Below, piece by piece: positions 19,679-29,230 of a stretch of 64,000 nucleotides of DNA. Where the stretch lies: positions 130,675 to 194,674 of the forward strand of contig CAVSHO010000008.1 in NCBI GenBank assembly GCA_963727825.1, read 5' to 3'. The DNA is from Ignavibacteriota bacterium. Lineage in GTDB: Bacteria; Bacteroidota; Ignavibacteria; UBA10030. The position numbers and the translations under genes are program-made. Numbering within the stretch: the first letter of the stretch is position 1; the number at the start of each line of letters is the position of its first letter. The notes beneath the pieces were generated by a model, which had not been told where the DNA came from, searched no databases, and saw only the letters and a program-made list of their open reading frames with translations.

Positions 19679-20584
19679 GTGAAAAAGAAAATTATCGGCG
19701 CCTTTAATTTATTACGACCTGCCCAATGGCTGAAAAATGCTTTTCTCTTCGCCCCGCTTATTTTCTCGAAGCATTTATTTGAGGCTACATACTTCTGGCG
19801 GGAAACGCTTGCATTCTTTGGTTTCTGTCTTGTCTCCAGTATCGTGTATATTATCAACGACATTGCAGATAACGAAGCAGATAAACTCCATCCTATTAAA
19901 AAAAACCGTCCCCTTGCATCTGGGCTTCTTCGTCTGTCTGATGCTGTTTGGGTTGTTCTGATTTTACTTCTTTTTGTCATCTATTTAATTCCATATTTGA
20001 ATTTGCAGTTCTGGTACACAATTATACTCTACGGATTTTTGAATTTTGCTTATTCGTTCTGGTTGAAACAAATTGTTATAGTAGATGTGTTTATAGTCGC
20101 GGCCGGATTTATGCTGCGTGTTCTTGCCGGTGTTTTTGCTATAGAAGTCGAGATTTCTTCATGGTTAATATTGTGTACACTCTTTGTCTCAGTGTTCCTT
20201 GCGATCTCCAAACGACGCGGCGAATTGATGCTTAGTGCCGCAACCGATTCTTATACTTCGCGTCCGGTGTTGAAGCAGTACGATGTATCATTCTTGGATC
20301 AAATTATGACAGTGGCAGCGTCTGGAATGGCTATTTCGTACGCCCTCTATACTGTTGCCGAACGAACAGTGACGATTTTTGGAACAGAAAATCTTATCTT
20401 CACTACGGTGTTTGTATTATTCGGTATTTTTCGGTACATATTTCTTATGCGAAGTCGAAAAACAGATGATAACCCGATGCACTTGTTGCTAAGCGATGTA
20501 CCGTTGATCGTAAACATTCTGTTATGGTTCATTATCTGTGTATTAATAATTTATTATCACGATACAACCAGATGGATTTTTTAA
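19679..20584 (+). CDS. UbiA-family prenyltransferase (decaprenyl-phosphate phosphoribosyltransferase-like)
   Basis: RP.QWLKN, NDIAD..AD..HP.KK.RPLASG and KRRGEL; multiple TM helices. Confidence 0.88.
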   Translation: MKKKIIGAFNLLRPAQWLKNAFLFAPLIFSKHLFEATYFWRETLAFFGFCLVSSIVYIINDIADNEADKLHPIKKNRPLASGLLRLSDAVWVVLILLLFVIYLIPYLNLQFWYTIILYGFLNFAYSFWLKQIVIVDVFIVAAGFMLRVLAGVFAIEVEISSWLILCTLFVSVFLAISKRRGELMLSAATDSYTSRPVLKQYDVSFLDQIMTVAASGMAISYALYTVAERTVTIFGTENLIFTTVFVLFGIFRYIFLMRSRKTDDNPMHLLLSDVPLIVNILLWFIICVLIIYYHDTTRWIF

Positions 20585-20585
20585 T

Positions 20586-21728
20586 ATGAAATTACCGGAA
20601 CCGAAATCTCCAAAGAGAATTACCAATCTTCCAACTTGCACACCGAAAGTAGCTGTTGTTAAAACGACGCCTCAGACAATTCTGGAAGATATTCAACGTG
20701 CAATGGAACTTGCCGGAATAAAGAATGCACTGGAACCCGGCACAACTACAATTCTGAAAGATAATATCTCATGGCATTTCCCCTTCCCCAGTGCAAATAC
20801 AACGCCATGGCAACTTGAGGGGACAATTCTTGGTTTGCAAAAAAATGGTTTTAACGAAGTTGTGTGTGTGCAGAACCAAACAGTTGTAACGGATGCATTC
20901 AAAGGTGAAGATCTGAACAAATATATGCCGTTGTTCAAAAAATATCAGATTCCAGTTCTCTTCAACTTCAAAGATGGTGATATGAATTGGGTTGATTATA
21001 AACCAAAATCACCTATGCTTATTCTCGATCAAATCTATCGTGACGGAATTCGTATCCCTGATTATTTTTTTAATAAAAATATTCTTCATTTACCCACCAT
21101 AAAATGTCATATTCATACAACAACCACTGGAGCGATGAAAAACGCATTTGGAGGATTGCTCAATACTTACCGTCATTATACGCATACATGGATTCATGAA
21201 ACACTTGTGGATTTATTGGCGATACAAAAGGAGGTACACTCTGGAATATTTGCTGTCATGGATGGCACGACGGCCGGCAATGGTCCTGGACCTCGGACTA
21301 TGATTCCTGTAGAAAAAAATGTTATCCTCGCGAGTGCTGATCAAGTAGCGATCGATTCCGTTTCTGCAAAAATGATGGGATTTGATCCGCTTTCTATTAA
21401 ATACATCAATCTTGCAAATCAATGCGGGTTGGGTTGCGGTGATCCACGGGAAATTGAACTTGTCGGAGATGACATCTCTAACACGAATTGGAATTTTTCT
21501 GTCGGCACAAATGCTGTAAAAATTGCGGCTGCAATATTCTGGTTTGGTCCATTAAAACGAATACAGAGTTTTTTCTTCCGAACACCTGTTGTTCATCTAT
21601 TCATTCTAGGCTCGGAAATCTACCATGATTATTACCGATGGATGCTGATTGATCGACCTGTTTATAAGAAGTGGCTGAAACAGTCGCAGTGGGGAAAACT
21701 TTTTGCATCATACCCGCCAATCGGATAA
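20586..21728 (+). CDS. DUF362 domain Fe-S-associated protein
   Basis: LKDNISW, PTIKCH..TTTTGAMKNAFGG, DGT.AG.GPGP and D.VAID.V.AKMMGFDP. Confidence 0.8.
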   Translation: MKLPEPKSPKRITNLPTCTPKVAVVKTTPQTILEDIQRAMELAGIKNALEPGTTTILKDNISWHFPFPSANTTPWQLEGTILGLQKNGFNEVVCVQNQTVVTDAFKGEDLNKYMPLFKKYQIPVLFNFKDGDMNWVDYKPKSPMLILDQIYRDGIRIPDYFFNKNILHLPTIKCHIHTTTTGAMKNAFGGLLNTYRHYTHTWIHETLVDLLAIQKEVHSGIFAVMDGTTAGNGPGPRTMIPVEKNVILASADQVAIDSVSAKMMGFDPLSIKYINLANQCGLGCGDPREIELVGDDISNTNWNFSVGTNAVKIAAAIFWFGPLKRIQSFFFRTPVVHLFILGSEIYHDYYRWMLIDRPVYKKWLKQSQWGKLFASYPPIG

Positions 21729-21734
21729 TGATTT

Positions 21735-22631
21735 GTGAGTGAAATGCAGCTGACATCCCGAACACGCGCAGAATCATATCTTTTTTCCTTAACCATCATC
21801 TGGGGCAGCACTTTTGTTCTGACTAAATTCATTCTCGAGAATGCTTCTCCTTTTGTATATGTCGCCATTCGTTTTTTTATAGCATCACTTTTGTTTATCG
21901 CACTCTTCTTCCAAAGACTGCGAACAATTTCGAAAGATGGAATCGCTAAAGGTTTGATTCTTGGTGTGTTGTTGTTTCTAGGCTTTATGCTGCAAACAAT
22001 CGGGATGAAATTTACGACTGCTTCAAAATCTGCATTTGTCACAGGGCTAATGGTTGTTTTCACGCCAATATTTCAGCTCGTCATCGAGCGCAAGGCGCCA
22101 AAAACAGGAAATATTATCGGCGTTGTGATAGTTGCCATTGGTTTATATCTGTTGACGTCTCCTAAAGGATCAGAGTTTAATATTGGTGATGCGCTGACTC
22201 TCGTTTGCGCTGTTTTGTTCAGCATTTACACCGTTTATCTCGGTATCTTTGGCAAAGAACATGACCCCGCACATTTGACTTTCATACAGTTTGCTTCAAC
22301 GACGATTTTGGCTGCCATAGCGATTCCGTTTTTAGAAATAGCGCGTTTAAATCTGACTTTCAATTTTTCATTAAACCTTGCATATTTAGCGATAATGCCG
22401 ACTGTTGTTGCGTTATATATAATGGCAAAATATCAAAAGTACACTACACCGACACGGAGTGCAATTATCTATTCGATGGAACCGCCAATTGCAGCAATAT
22501 TTGCTTTTTTTATTATTGGCGAACAAATTGGAATGATTGGAGTCATTGGAGGTATGCTGATTCTATCCGGTTTGATAGTATCGGAGTTATCGGATGTTAT
22601 TTTTACACGCAAAGAAAAAGAATTACGTTAG
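21735..22631 (+). CDS. DMT/EamA family transporter
   Basis: IWGSTF..K start, about 10 TM helices, and EP..AA.FAF motif. Confidence 0.92.
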   Translation: MSEMQLTSRTRAESYLFSLTIIWGSTFVLTKFILENASPFVYVAIRFFIASLLFIALFFQRLRTISKDGIAKGLILGVLLFLGFMLQTIGMKFTTASKSAFVTGLMVVFTPIFQLVIERKAPKTGNIIGVVIVAIGLYLLTSPKGSEFNIGDALTLVCAVLFSIYTVYLGIFGKEHDPAHLTFIQFASTTILAAIAIPFLEIARLNLTFNFSLNLAYLAIMPTVVALYIMAKYQKYTTPTRSAIIYSMEPPIAAIFAFFIIGEQIGMIGVIGGMLILSGLIVSELSDVIFTRKEKELR

Positions 22632-22758
22632 AATTTTTCGGTTAATTCAGCCTATAGAAGAATTTAGTGACATGTGTCAAGTAAAAGAATGGGTTCTATG
22701 GAAAAATAGTTTATTCAGTACTTGCGGATTTCAAAACCGAAAAGTATATTAAGCAGGT

Positions 22759-23184
22759 ATGAAATCGAGGCGGTAAATATTTTTTCCTGATAATTCATTC
22801 TGGTGAGTATTTAGCAGGACTTTGCTATTTGCGCAAAATTATCCACTCCGCGTATCACTGGGGTTCAATCTGTGCAAAACGATTGTATTAGGGTCTTATT
22901 AGATTGGACAATCGGGTCAGGGAACGGTATTAGTTCTTATGAAATATATAGAAGCACTGGCAGTGATCGAGTTTTCAGCCATATAGGCGATACGTTAAAA
23001 GGGGGCATTATATTTCATCGATAATAACAGACTTATATAAAACAACAGATACAATTTTTGCTATAAAGTAACAGCAATTGGTTCAAGTGATTCACGAACA
23101 AGTGACGTTGTGGGTGTATCTTACAACAGCACAAGTTCAGTGGGAAAACGCACATGGGGCAGCATCAAGGCGATGTTCCGCTGA
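22759..23184 (+). pseudogene. Disrupted small secreted Fn3/Ig-like protein ending in KRTWGSIKAMFR
   Basis: Fragments in different frames: IRVLLDWT..SYEIYRST and CYKVTAIG...SSVGKRTWGSIKAMFR*. Upstream TTGCGG-17-TATATT (22722-22750) and a downstream terminator. Confidence 0.65.
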
Positions 23185-23213
23185 AGTTTTTGATTCGGTA
23201 TAGATTTTTTATC

Positions 23214-23240
23214 AAGCGATCGTTCTGCATCGCTTTTTTT
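23214..23240 (+). terminator. Rho-independent terminator
   Basis: AAGCGAT...ATCGCTT followed by a T run. Confidence 0.6.
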
Positions 23241-23255
23241 GTTTTAGGCGGTTCA

Positions 23256-23855
23256 ATGAAACCTTTGATTCTTGCATCTCAATCACCACGAAGAAAAAAT
23301 CTGCTAAAGCAAATCGGGATGAAGTTTCGTGTTATTCCAAGCCGAGCAGCAGAAGTTTTCTCTTCTCGTCAAAGTCCGGGTGAAAACGCTCAACGCATTG
23401 CTCTGGAAAAGGCGACAGATGTTGCTGTTCGTCTACGAAGAGGAATTGTAATTGGCGCGGACACGATTGTTGTTCTCGATCATCATGTTCTCGGTAAACC
23501 GAAATCCAAAGACGATGCAAAACGGATGCTAAGATTGTTAAGCGGGCGCGAGCATTCGGTCTTTACTGGATTTGCGTTGAAAGATGTGGAAAGTGGAAAG
23601 TATACAGCAGGAGTTGAAGAAACAAAAGTCCGCTTTCGAAAATTGAACGAGAAAGAGATTACTGATTACGTTAATAGCGGTTCACCTATGGATAAGGCAG
23701 GTTCATACGGAATTCAGGATGATTTTGGAGCTGTCTTCATCGAGCGGGTGAACGGATGTTTCTATAATGTTGTTGGATTCCCGCTTGCGCGTTTTTATTC
23801 AACCTTCCAACAATTTACAGCTGATTTGAAAACTTTTTCGGAAAGAAAAATATAA
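23256..23855 (+). CDS. maf: Maf family nucleoside triphosphate pyrophosphatase
   Basis: LILASQSPRR, GADTIV, GKP and DKAGSYGIQ. Likely start is ATG 23256. Confidence 0.95.
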   Translation: MKPLILASQSPRRKNLLKQIGMKFRVIPSRAAEVFSSRQSPGENAQRIALEKATDVAVRLRRGIVIGADTIVVLDHHVLGKPKSKDDAKRMLRLLSGREHSVFTGFALKDVESGKYTAGVEETKVRFRKLNEKEITDYVNSGSPMDKAGSYGIQDDFGAVFIERVNGCFYNVVGFPLARFYSTFQQFTADLKTFSERKI

Positions 23856-23883
23856 AATCAAAAAAGGAAGTGGAAGAATTAGT

Positions 23884-23917
23884 AAAAAAACCCGTCGAGA
23901 AATACTTGACGGGTTTT
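23884..23917. terminator. Bidirectional terminator between maf and csp
   Basis: A7-CCCGTCGAG...CTTGACGGG-TTTT between convergent genes. Confidence 0.75.
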
Positions 23918-23934
23918 GCATTGTTGAAGATTTC

Positions 23935-24138
23935 TTAAGCAGGTTTTACAACTTTTACCGCCTGTAATCCTTTGGGGCCCTGTTCAACTTCGAACTCTAC
24001 TTTATCGCCTTCGTTAAGCGTTTTGTAGCCGTCTCCATTGATGGACTTGTAATGCACGAATACGTCTTCACCGCTTTCCCGTTTGATGAAGCCATACCCT
24101 TTTGTATTATTGAACCACTTTACTGTACCCTGTTCCAT
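23935..24138 (-). CDS. cspA: Cold-shock protein
   Basis: GTVKWFN..KGYGFI, DVFVHY and GPKGLQA. Confidence 0.97.
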   Translation of the reverse strand: MEQGTVKWFNNTKGYGFIKRESGEDVFVHYKSINGDGYKTLNEGDKVEFEVEQGPKGLQAVKVVKPA

Positions 24139-24386
24139 ACGGGTTCATCCCCTCGATGCATTTAACATCACACCGTAACTTTGTCTCTCACTGAAAAAGA
24201 TGTAACGAATGCCTCACACCTCTCTTGCTCAGCTTACAGGCATCGGAGCCACATAATAGAATTAATAACTGGCGACGCGACAGCTAAAACAAATGGCGAC
24301 AAAACAAAATCGGTGCAGTGAACTACGATTAAATATTACAATTTCGTGAATTAAAATGCAAGTGGTAGCATGGTCTTTCGTTTTGT

Positions 24387-26738
24387 TTACTCTTCATCTG
24401 ACAGCCAGATATTATATTCCTCAATTTCAGATTTGGTTTCTGCTGCTTCCGGTGCAATTTTTCGAGTTAGAATATGGATGCCTTCGTCAGAAAAACCAAA
24501 CATTTCATCTAAAGTGAAAATTCGTTCAAATGCCGCCGATTCAAAAAACTCTCGGAATTTGCCAGCAGCTTCGTGCAAACGAGCTAAATAATAAGCTGTA
24601 TTTTCGTCCGGCTGATTAGGATTCCATTCATCAACTAAACGAGAGGAATGAGTGAGCGTGGCACCCGAATCGTTTCCGGTAACATAATAAGAGATTTTTG
24701 AATTTGCTTTGACGAAGAGACTTGAACGCACTACAGCTTCCATTGCTGGCGACGTGGCGATTTGGCCGGAAAGCATTTCTTTCTGGTAAGTTTCCGTGTC
24801 TATGCGGACAATATCTGTGCGGCAGAAATCTATTGGTGTCCATTTATGCTGCGTCACTTGTGTATGTGCCGTAGCATATGCATGGTGCATCCGTTTTAAG
24901 TCGTTTGTCAGTAGACATTCAATCATCCGCTGAATAAATACTCTCAGGAAACGCTCCATCCCGCGAGAAATAAGGTTATTTCCCTTGATAAAAACATTGT
25001 TGTTCTGATCCAGTAAGGCATAATTATTTTTTCGATAGCTAAACATTTGTTTGTAGCAGTATGATAATACAAGCTTGGTTCTTTCCGGCAAAGTATTTGA
25101 TAACCGTTCAATAAAGTTCTTCTGATTTGATTCACCGACAATATTATTTGGCGGTAGAAAAAAAAGACCATTGCCGTCAGATTGGATTATTGTTGCGTTA
25201 AAAAGTTCAATTTGGTGTAGAATTTCTTCCATAATCTGACGACTTGAGGTCAGGGCAATTTCAGCTTGTTCAGGATCGTTGAACAAGCCGCGAGCAGAAC
25301 CGATGTAGAGATAAAAAGAATCAATGAGACGTTTAACTGCTTTCAACTGAGATAGCGAATCTTTGGACTCCAGTGTCTCGCTTTTCATAAGACCGGTCTT
25401 GTCTTGCTGCAAAACTGAGAGACATGTAAGAAGGTGAAGAAAAACATTTAACTCATCTGTCTTTGGCTTGATATTCTGACGTAACAATATGGAAGAATGG
25501 ATCCCAGCTAATTCAACATACATAACATCGGAGAAAACGCCTGTATGGAATATTTCCGAAGAGATTGTCATTGAGCGGGAATTATCGTTCGCTCTGGGGA
25601 CTGAGTGTCGTTGACGAACGTATTCTCTTAACATCAGAGATTCAATTCGTGAGGCTGCGCTAAGTTGAGTTAACATTCGATAATTGAATGGACACATTTG
25701 TGCAAGATAGAACAGCGGCGGCGAGAGAGAGTCATAAAGATCGCGTGCAATGCGTACATTGCGTAGAGATTGATTTATAATATTCTCCGGCCGATGATTC
25801 CATTCCTCAAATATCCTCTGTGCAGGAATAGTTTTCTCTGTGCCGATTGTAATACCAAAATGTTTTGCCAATGAAGTGAGCGTAAACGACTGTTCAATTC
25901 TTTTAGCATCAATTTCCGATTCTGCCAATGTTAGAAGATCAACCAAATGCCTGCCGAAAACATCAAAAGAGAACCATTCACTTTCTCCTGCATTGGTGGC
26001 ACTATATCCAGTCGGTGTTCGCATGTCACTGCCATCTCTACCTATCGCTAGCGGGATTTGTGAACGTTCGCAGGCGCGGTTGAGTGCTGGTAAAATTGTT
26101 CCAAACAAATCATATCCGTCTATGACATCGGGGTTAATCGTGTTGATGTGTTGTATACAACGTTCTAACACATTTCGTTCATCGTGCTTTTGAGTGCTGA
26201 ATGTATATTCGCTTCCATCGCTTGCAGCGAGAGTGATAACAAGAATTTTTTCTCCAGAAATTTTCCTGTTCCGTTTTTTCCCGGCTGCGGTTGCGAATTG
26301 AATGTCCACATGAAGCCGCACGAGTTCTTCGAACTTCATTCCTTTGAATAATGTGATACCGGATTGCAGAAGGAACTGGCGCACTGCGTCTGCGCGAACA
26401 AGAATTTCTCTAAATTCCTGATAAGATAAAATGCGCGGCGAATGGTCTTTGTTGTATTGACGCAGAATGAAATGTACCGCTTCCCACATCTCGCTCCAGC
26501 GCGTGAAAGCAGCTATATAACGATAGTAGTTCCTGCCGGCAAGCTTTTTCAACCAGAATTTTTTTGGGAAATCTTTGATAAGTGCTTCATCGGAAAGAAA
26601 AAAGAAAGGGAAGAATTCCACATCCTGATGCAGAACCTTCCCCTCAACTCGTTTGTATAGTCTGATTGTCTGATCGTTCAGCTGTTGGACAGCGACGATG
26701 CGCTCTTCGGTATTATATCCATAGAGCAGATTGTCCAT
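24387..26738 (-). CDS. Family B DNA polymerase homolog, predicted catalytically inactive
   Basis: PolB domain order is recognisable, but motifs read DIQ (ExoI), GYDLFGTILP (ExoII), ELAGIHSS (motif A), KRLIDSFYLYIG (motif B) and SDGNG (motif C). Confidence 0.85.
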   Translation of the reverse strand: MDNLLYGYNTEERIVAVQQLNDQTIRLYKRVEGKVLHQDVEFFPFFFLSDEALIKDFPKKFWLKKLAGRNYYRYIAAFTRWSEMWEAVHFILRQYNKDHSPRILSYQEFREILVRADAVRQFLLQSGITLFKGMKFEELVRLHVDIQFATAAGKKRNRKISGEKILVITLAASDGSEYTFSTQKHDERNVLERCIQHINTINPDVIDGYDLFGTILPALNRACERSQIPLAIGRDGSDMRTPTGYSATNAGESEWFSFDVFGRHLVDLLTLAESEIDAKRIEQSFTLTSLAKHFGITIGTEKTIPAQRIFEEWNHRPENIINQSLRNVRIARDLYDSLSPPLFYLAQMCPFNYRMLTQLSAASRIESLMLREYVRQRHSVPRANDNSRSMTISSEIFHTGVFSDVMYVELAGIHSSILLRQNIKPKTDELNVFLHLLTCLSVLQQDKTGLMKSETLESKDSLSQLKAVKRLIDSFYLYIGSARGLFNDPEQAEIALTSSRQIMEEILHQIELFNATIIQSDGNGLFFLPPNNIVGESNQKNFIERLSNTLPERTKLVLSYCYKQMFSYRKNNYALLDQNNNVFIKGNNLISRGMERFLRVFIQRMIECLLTNDLKRMHHAYATAHTQVTQHKWTPIDFCRTDIVRIDTETYQKEMLSGQIATSPAMEAVVRSSLFVKANSKISYYVTGNDSGATLTHSSRLVDEWNPNQPDENTAYYLARLHEAAGKFREFFESAAFERIFTLDEMFGFSDEGIHILTRKIAPEAAETKSEIEEYNIWLSDEE

Positions 26739-26741
26739 TCA

Positions 26742-27506
26742 TCATTTCTTGAGCTTATCTACGTTTAAAAACGGCGTCAATAAATCGATAGGCACGGGAA
26801 AGATTGTCGTGGAATTATTTTCTGTGGCGATCTCACGAAGCGTCTGCAGATAGCGTAATGTCAGTGCACTGGGTTGTTCGGCGAGCACTTTTGCTGCATC
26901 GGATAACCGCTGTGATGCCTGAAATTCTCCTTCTGCTGCGATAACTTTCGAGCGGCGTTCACGCTCTGCTTCCGCCTGTTTTGCCATTGCTCGCTGCATT
27001 TCTTGTGGTAAATCGATTTGTTTCACTTCGACATTGGAAACCTTTACGCCCCAGGGTTCCGTATGACTGTCGATAATTTGCTGGAGTTTCTGATTAATTT
27101 TGTCACGCTGCGAAAGAAGATCGTCCAGTTCGGATTGTCCCAATACGCTTCGCAATGTGGTTTGCGAGAGCTGAGAAGTAGCAAACAAATAGTTTTCGAC
27201 TGATACGATGGCCTTCTCTGGTTGCATAACGCGGAAGTAGACGACAGCATTCACTTTTAGGGAAACGTTATCCTGTGTGATGATATCTTGCGGCGGTACA
27301 TCCATCACTACAGTCCTCAGACTCACTTTTACCATTCTTTCAATAAATGGCCACAACCAAATGAGACCAGGCCCGCGTACACCGACCATTCGTCCGAGCC
27401 GGAAAACAACACCACGCTCATACTCACGAAGGATTTTAACCGAATTTGCAATAACAATTACTGCGAAAACAATGAGAACAAAGAATAAAACACCTGTCTG
27501 TTCCAT
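26742..27506 (-). CDS. SPFH/band-7 slipin (stomatin-like)
   Basis: [21 protein letters not shown] and [14 protein letters not shown]. Confidence 0.95.
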   Translation of the reverse strand: MEQTGVLFFVLIVFAVIVIANSVKILREYERGVVFRLGRMVGVRGPGLIWLWPFIERMVKVSLRTVVMDVPPQDIITQDNVSLKVNAVVYFRVMQPEKAIVSVENYLFATSQLSQTTLRSVLGQSELDDLLSQRDKINQKLQQIIDSHTEPWGVKVSNVEVKQIDLPQEMQRAMAKQAEAERERRSKVIAAEGEFQASQRLSDAAKVLAEQPSALTLRYLQTLREIATENNSTTIFPVPIDLLTPFLNVDKLKK

Positions 27507-27515
27507 AAGAACTCC

Positions 27516-28805
27516 TTATGTTGATGACTTGACTTGTTCAACCCTGAGTTTCAGGTTTTGAATTTCTACGACACGAACACGCTCACCTTTAGCTATTTTA
27601 CCGCTTGTAGATTCTGCATCCCAGAGTTCACCCTGCACGCGGATGGTGCCTTCCGGATTAAGCAAAGAAAGTGTTTCACCAATTTCACCAATTATTCCTT
27701 CTTTTCCGGTAGTTGGTTTATTCCGCTGCACTTTTAGGCCTAATCCCAGCAAGAAGACAAAAAAGAATGTCGTGATGGCCACGCTGGCTACAATAACGAC
27801 CCATGAGATTTCAACAAATTCAAGAACACTTGATGTACGAATGAGCATAATAGACCCCAAAAAAAGTGAAACAGCGCCGCCTATAGCGAGCATACCATGG
27901 CTTACGATTTTTATTTCGAGCAGAAAGAGGATGATACCAAAAATTATTAGTGCAAGTCCGGCGTAGTTAATTGGCAAAGTATGCATTGTATAGAATGCGA
28001 GCACCAAACTAATAACGCCAACAATGCCGGGGAAAATAGAACCCGGATTGTACAATTCGAACATCAATCCATAAACGCCGAGCATAAATAAAATATAGGC
28101 GATGTTTGGGTCACTGAGAATGTCGAGCATTTTTTCCGCCCATCCCATTTCCATGGGTTCAATCCGCGCACCTTTGGTATGTAATGTCACAATTCCACCT
28201 ACTGTTTCGACTTTTTTACCGTCAATCTGAAAGAGCAGATCATCGAGATTCTTCGCAATGAGATCGATAACATTTGTGTCAAGTGCTTCGGTTTCGGTAA
28301 TAGCTTGACTTTTACGGACAGCATCTTCTGCCCATTTCAGGTTGCGGTTTCGTTTTTCGGCGATCGTGCGGATGAATGCAGCCGCATCATTTGTGACCTT
28401 TTCAGCCATTACCGAATCCATTTTACCCTGCATATCTACCGGATGAGCAGCTCCGATATTTGTTCCTGGTGCCATCGCGGCAATGTGCGCTGCCATAGTG
28501 ACAAACACTCCTGCAGAACCCGCATGTGCACCACTAGGAGCAACATAGACAACGATTGGAATTTTTGAATCTAGGATAGCGCTTACTATATTTCTGGTAG
28601 ATTCAAGCAATCCGCCTGGTGTATTCATTTCTATGATGAGACATTCAGCGTTTTTATCTGCGGCGCTTTCGATGCCGCGCTCGATAAATGCGGCCGACGC
28701 TGGATTGATTGCCCCATCGATTTTCAGCAAAATAACACTTTGCGAAAAAATGATAGTGGGGAGGATAATAATGAAAACTATAGGAATAAATAAACGGTGG
28801 AACAT
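27516..28805 (-). CDS. nfeD: NfeD family membrane serine protease (long form)
   Basis: MNTPGGL, AGSAG, GTNIGAAHPV, TM domain and C-terminal OB (GELWDA). Likely start is ATG 28805. Confidence 0.93.
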   Translation of the reverse strand: MFHRLFIPIVFIIILPTIIFSQSVILLKIDGAINPASAAFIERGIESAADKNAECLIIEMNTPGGLLESTRNIVSAILDSKIPIVVYVAPSGAHAGSAGVFVTMAAHIAAMAPGTNIGAAHPVDMQGKMDSVMAEKVTNDAAAFIRTIAEKRNRNLKWAEDAVRKSQAITETEALDTNVIDLIAKNLDDLLFQIDGKKVETVGGIVTLHTKGARIEPMEMGWAEKMLDILSDPNIAYILFMLGVYGLMFELYNPGSIFPGIVGVISLVLAFYTMHTLPINYAGLALIIFGIILFLLEIKIVSHGMLAIGGAVSLFLGSIMLIRTSSVLEFVEISWVVIVASVAITTFFFVFLLGLGLKVQRNKPTTGKEGIIGEIGETLSLLNPEGTIRVQGELWDAESTSGKIAKGERVRVVEIQNLKLRVEQVKSST

Positions 28806-28909
28806 TTTAATATTCCTCCATCCGGTGCAGGTGTTAGTTGGACTTGCTTTTTTCGATGAAAAAGAAATAATACCGCTGCCGGAATAAATTACTACAATAG
28901 CGACATCAG

Positions 28910-28981
28910 TGCGGAGAGAGTGGGATTCTCCCAAAGGGATTCCTCAAGAAACTGAAAGTTTCTTGAGGAAGAACCCACGGT
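28910..28981 (-). repeat. Duplicate of the tRNA-Ser(GGA) 3' end, interrupted by a 42-bp palindromic insertion (28929-28970)
   Basis: TGCGGAGAGAGTGGGATTC|insert|GAACCCACGGT is identical to 29229-29258 once the insert is removed. Confidence 0.9.
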
Positions 28982-29226
28982 TATTGGATTATTCCTTCAT
29001 TCCTTAACCATCGATAACCGGAAATTGACTTATAGAAATTCTCTCTCTGAATGGCTTCAGCCCTTGTTAAAAATTCTTCACTGTAATGCAAGTTGTATGG
29101 TCGATGGCCTTTTGTATATCGAACCTTACCATTATTGTGTTGATTTAAACGATGATTGATATTTTCAGCTGAGCCATAGTAATATGTTCCATCTTTCTGG
29201 CTTCGCAATATGTATGAATAATACAT
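28981..29226 (-). CDS. Small GIY-YIG nuclease (UPF0213-like)
   Basis: YYSYILRS..DG.YYYGS, RL.QHN.G, YTK..RP and EA..RE...K. Catalytic Tyr/Arg/His/Glu appear intact. Confidence 0.93.
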   Translation of the reverse strand: MYYSYILRSQKDGTYYYGSAENINHRLNQHNNGKVRYTKGHRPYNLHYSEEFLTRAEAIQRENFYKSISGYRWLRNEGIIQ

Positions 29227-29230
29227 TTTG

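Noticed and set aside
24139-24365. Long csp 5' region as a novel ncRNA
   Set aside because: Long structured 5' UTRs are normal for csp genes, and I saw no independent structure evidence.
28806-28934. N-terminal extension of the NfeD ORF in the track
   Set aside because: It runs through the tRNA-end repeat. The signal-peptide-like sequence begins at ATG 28805.
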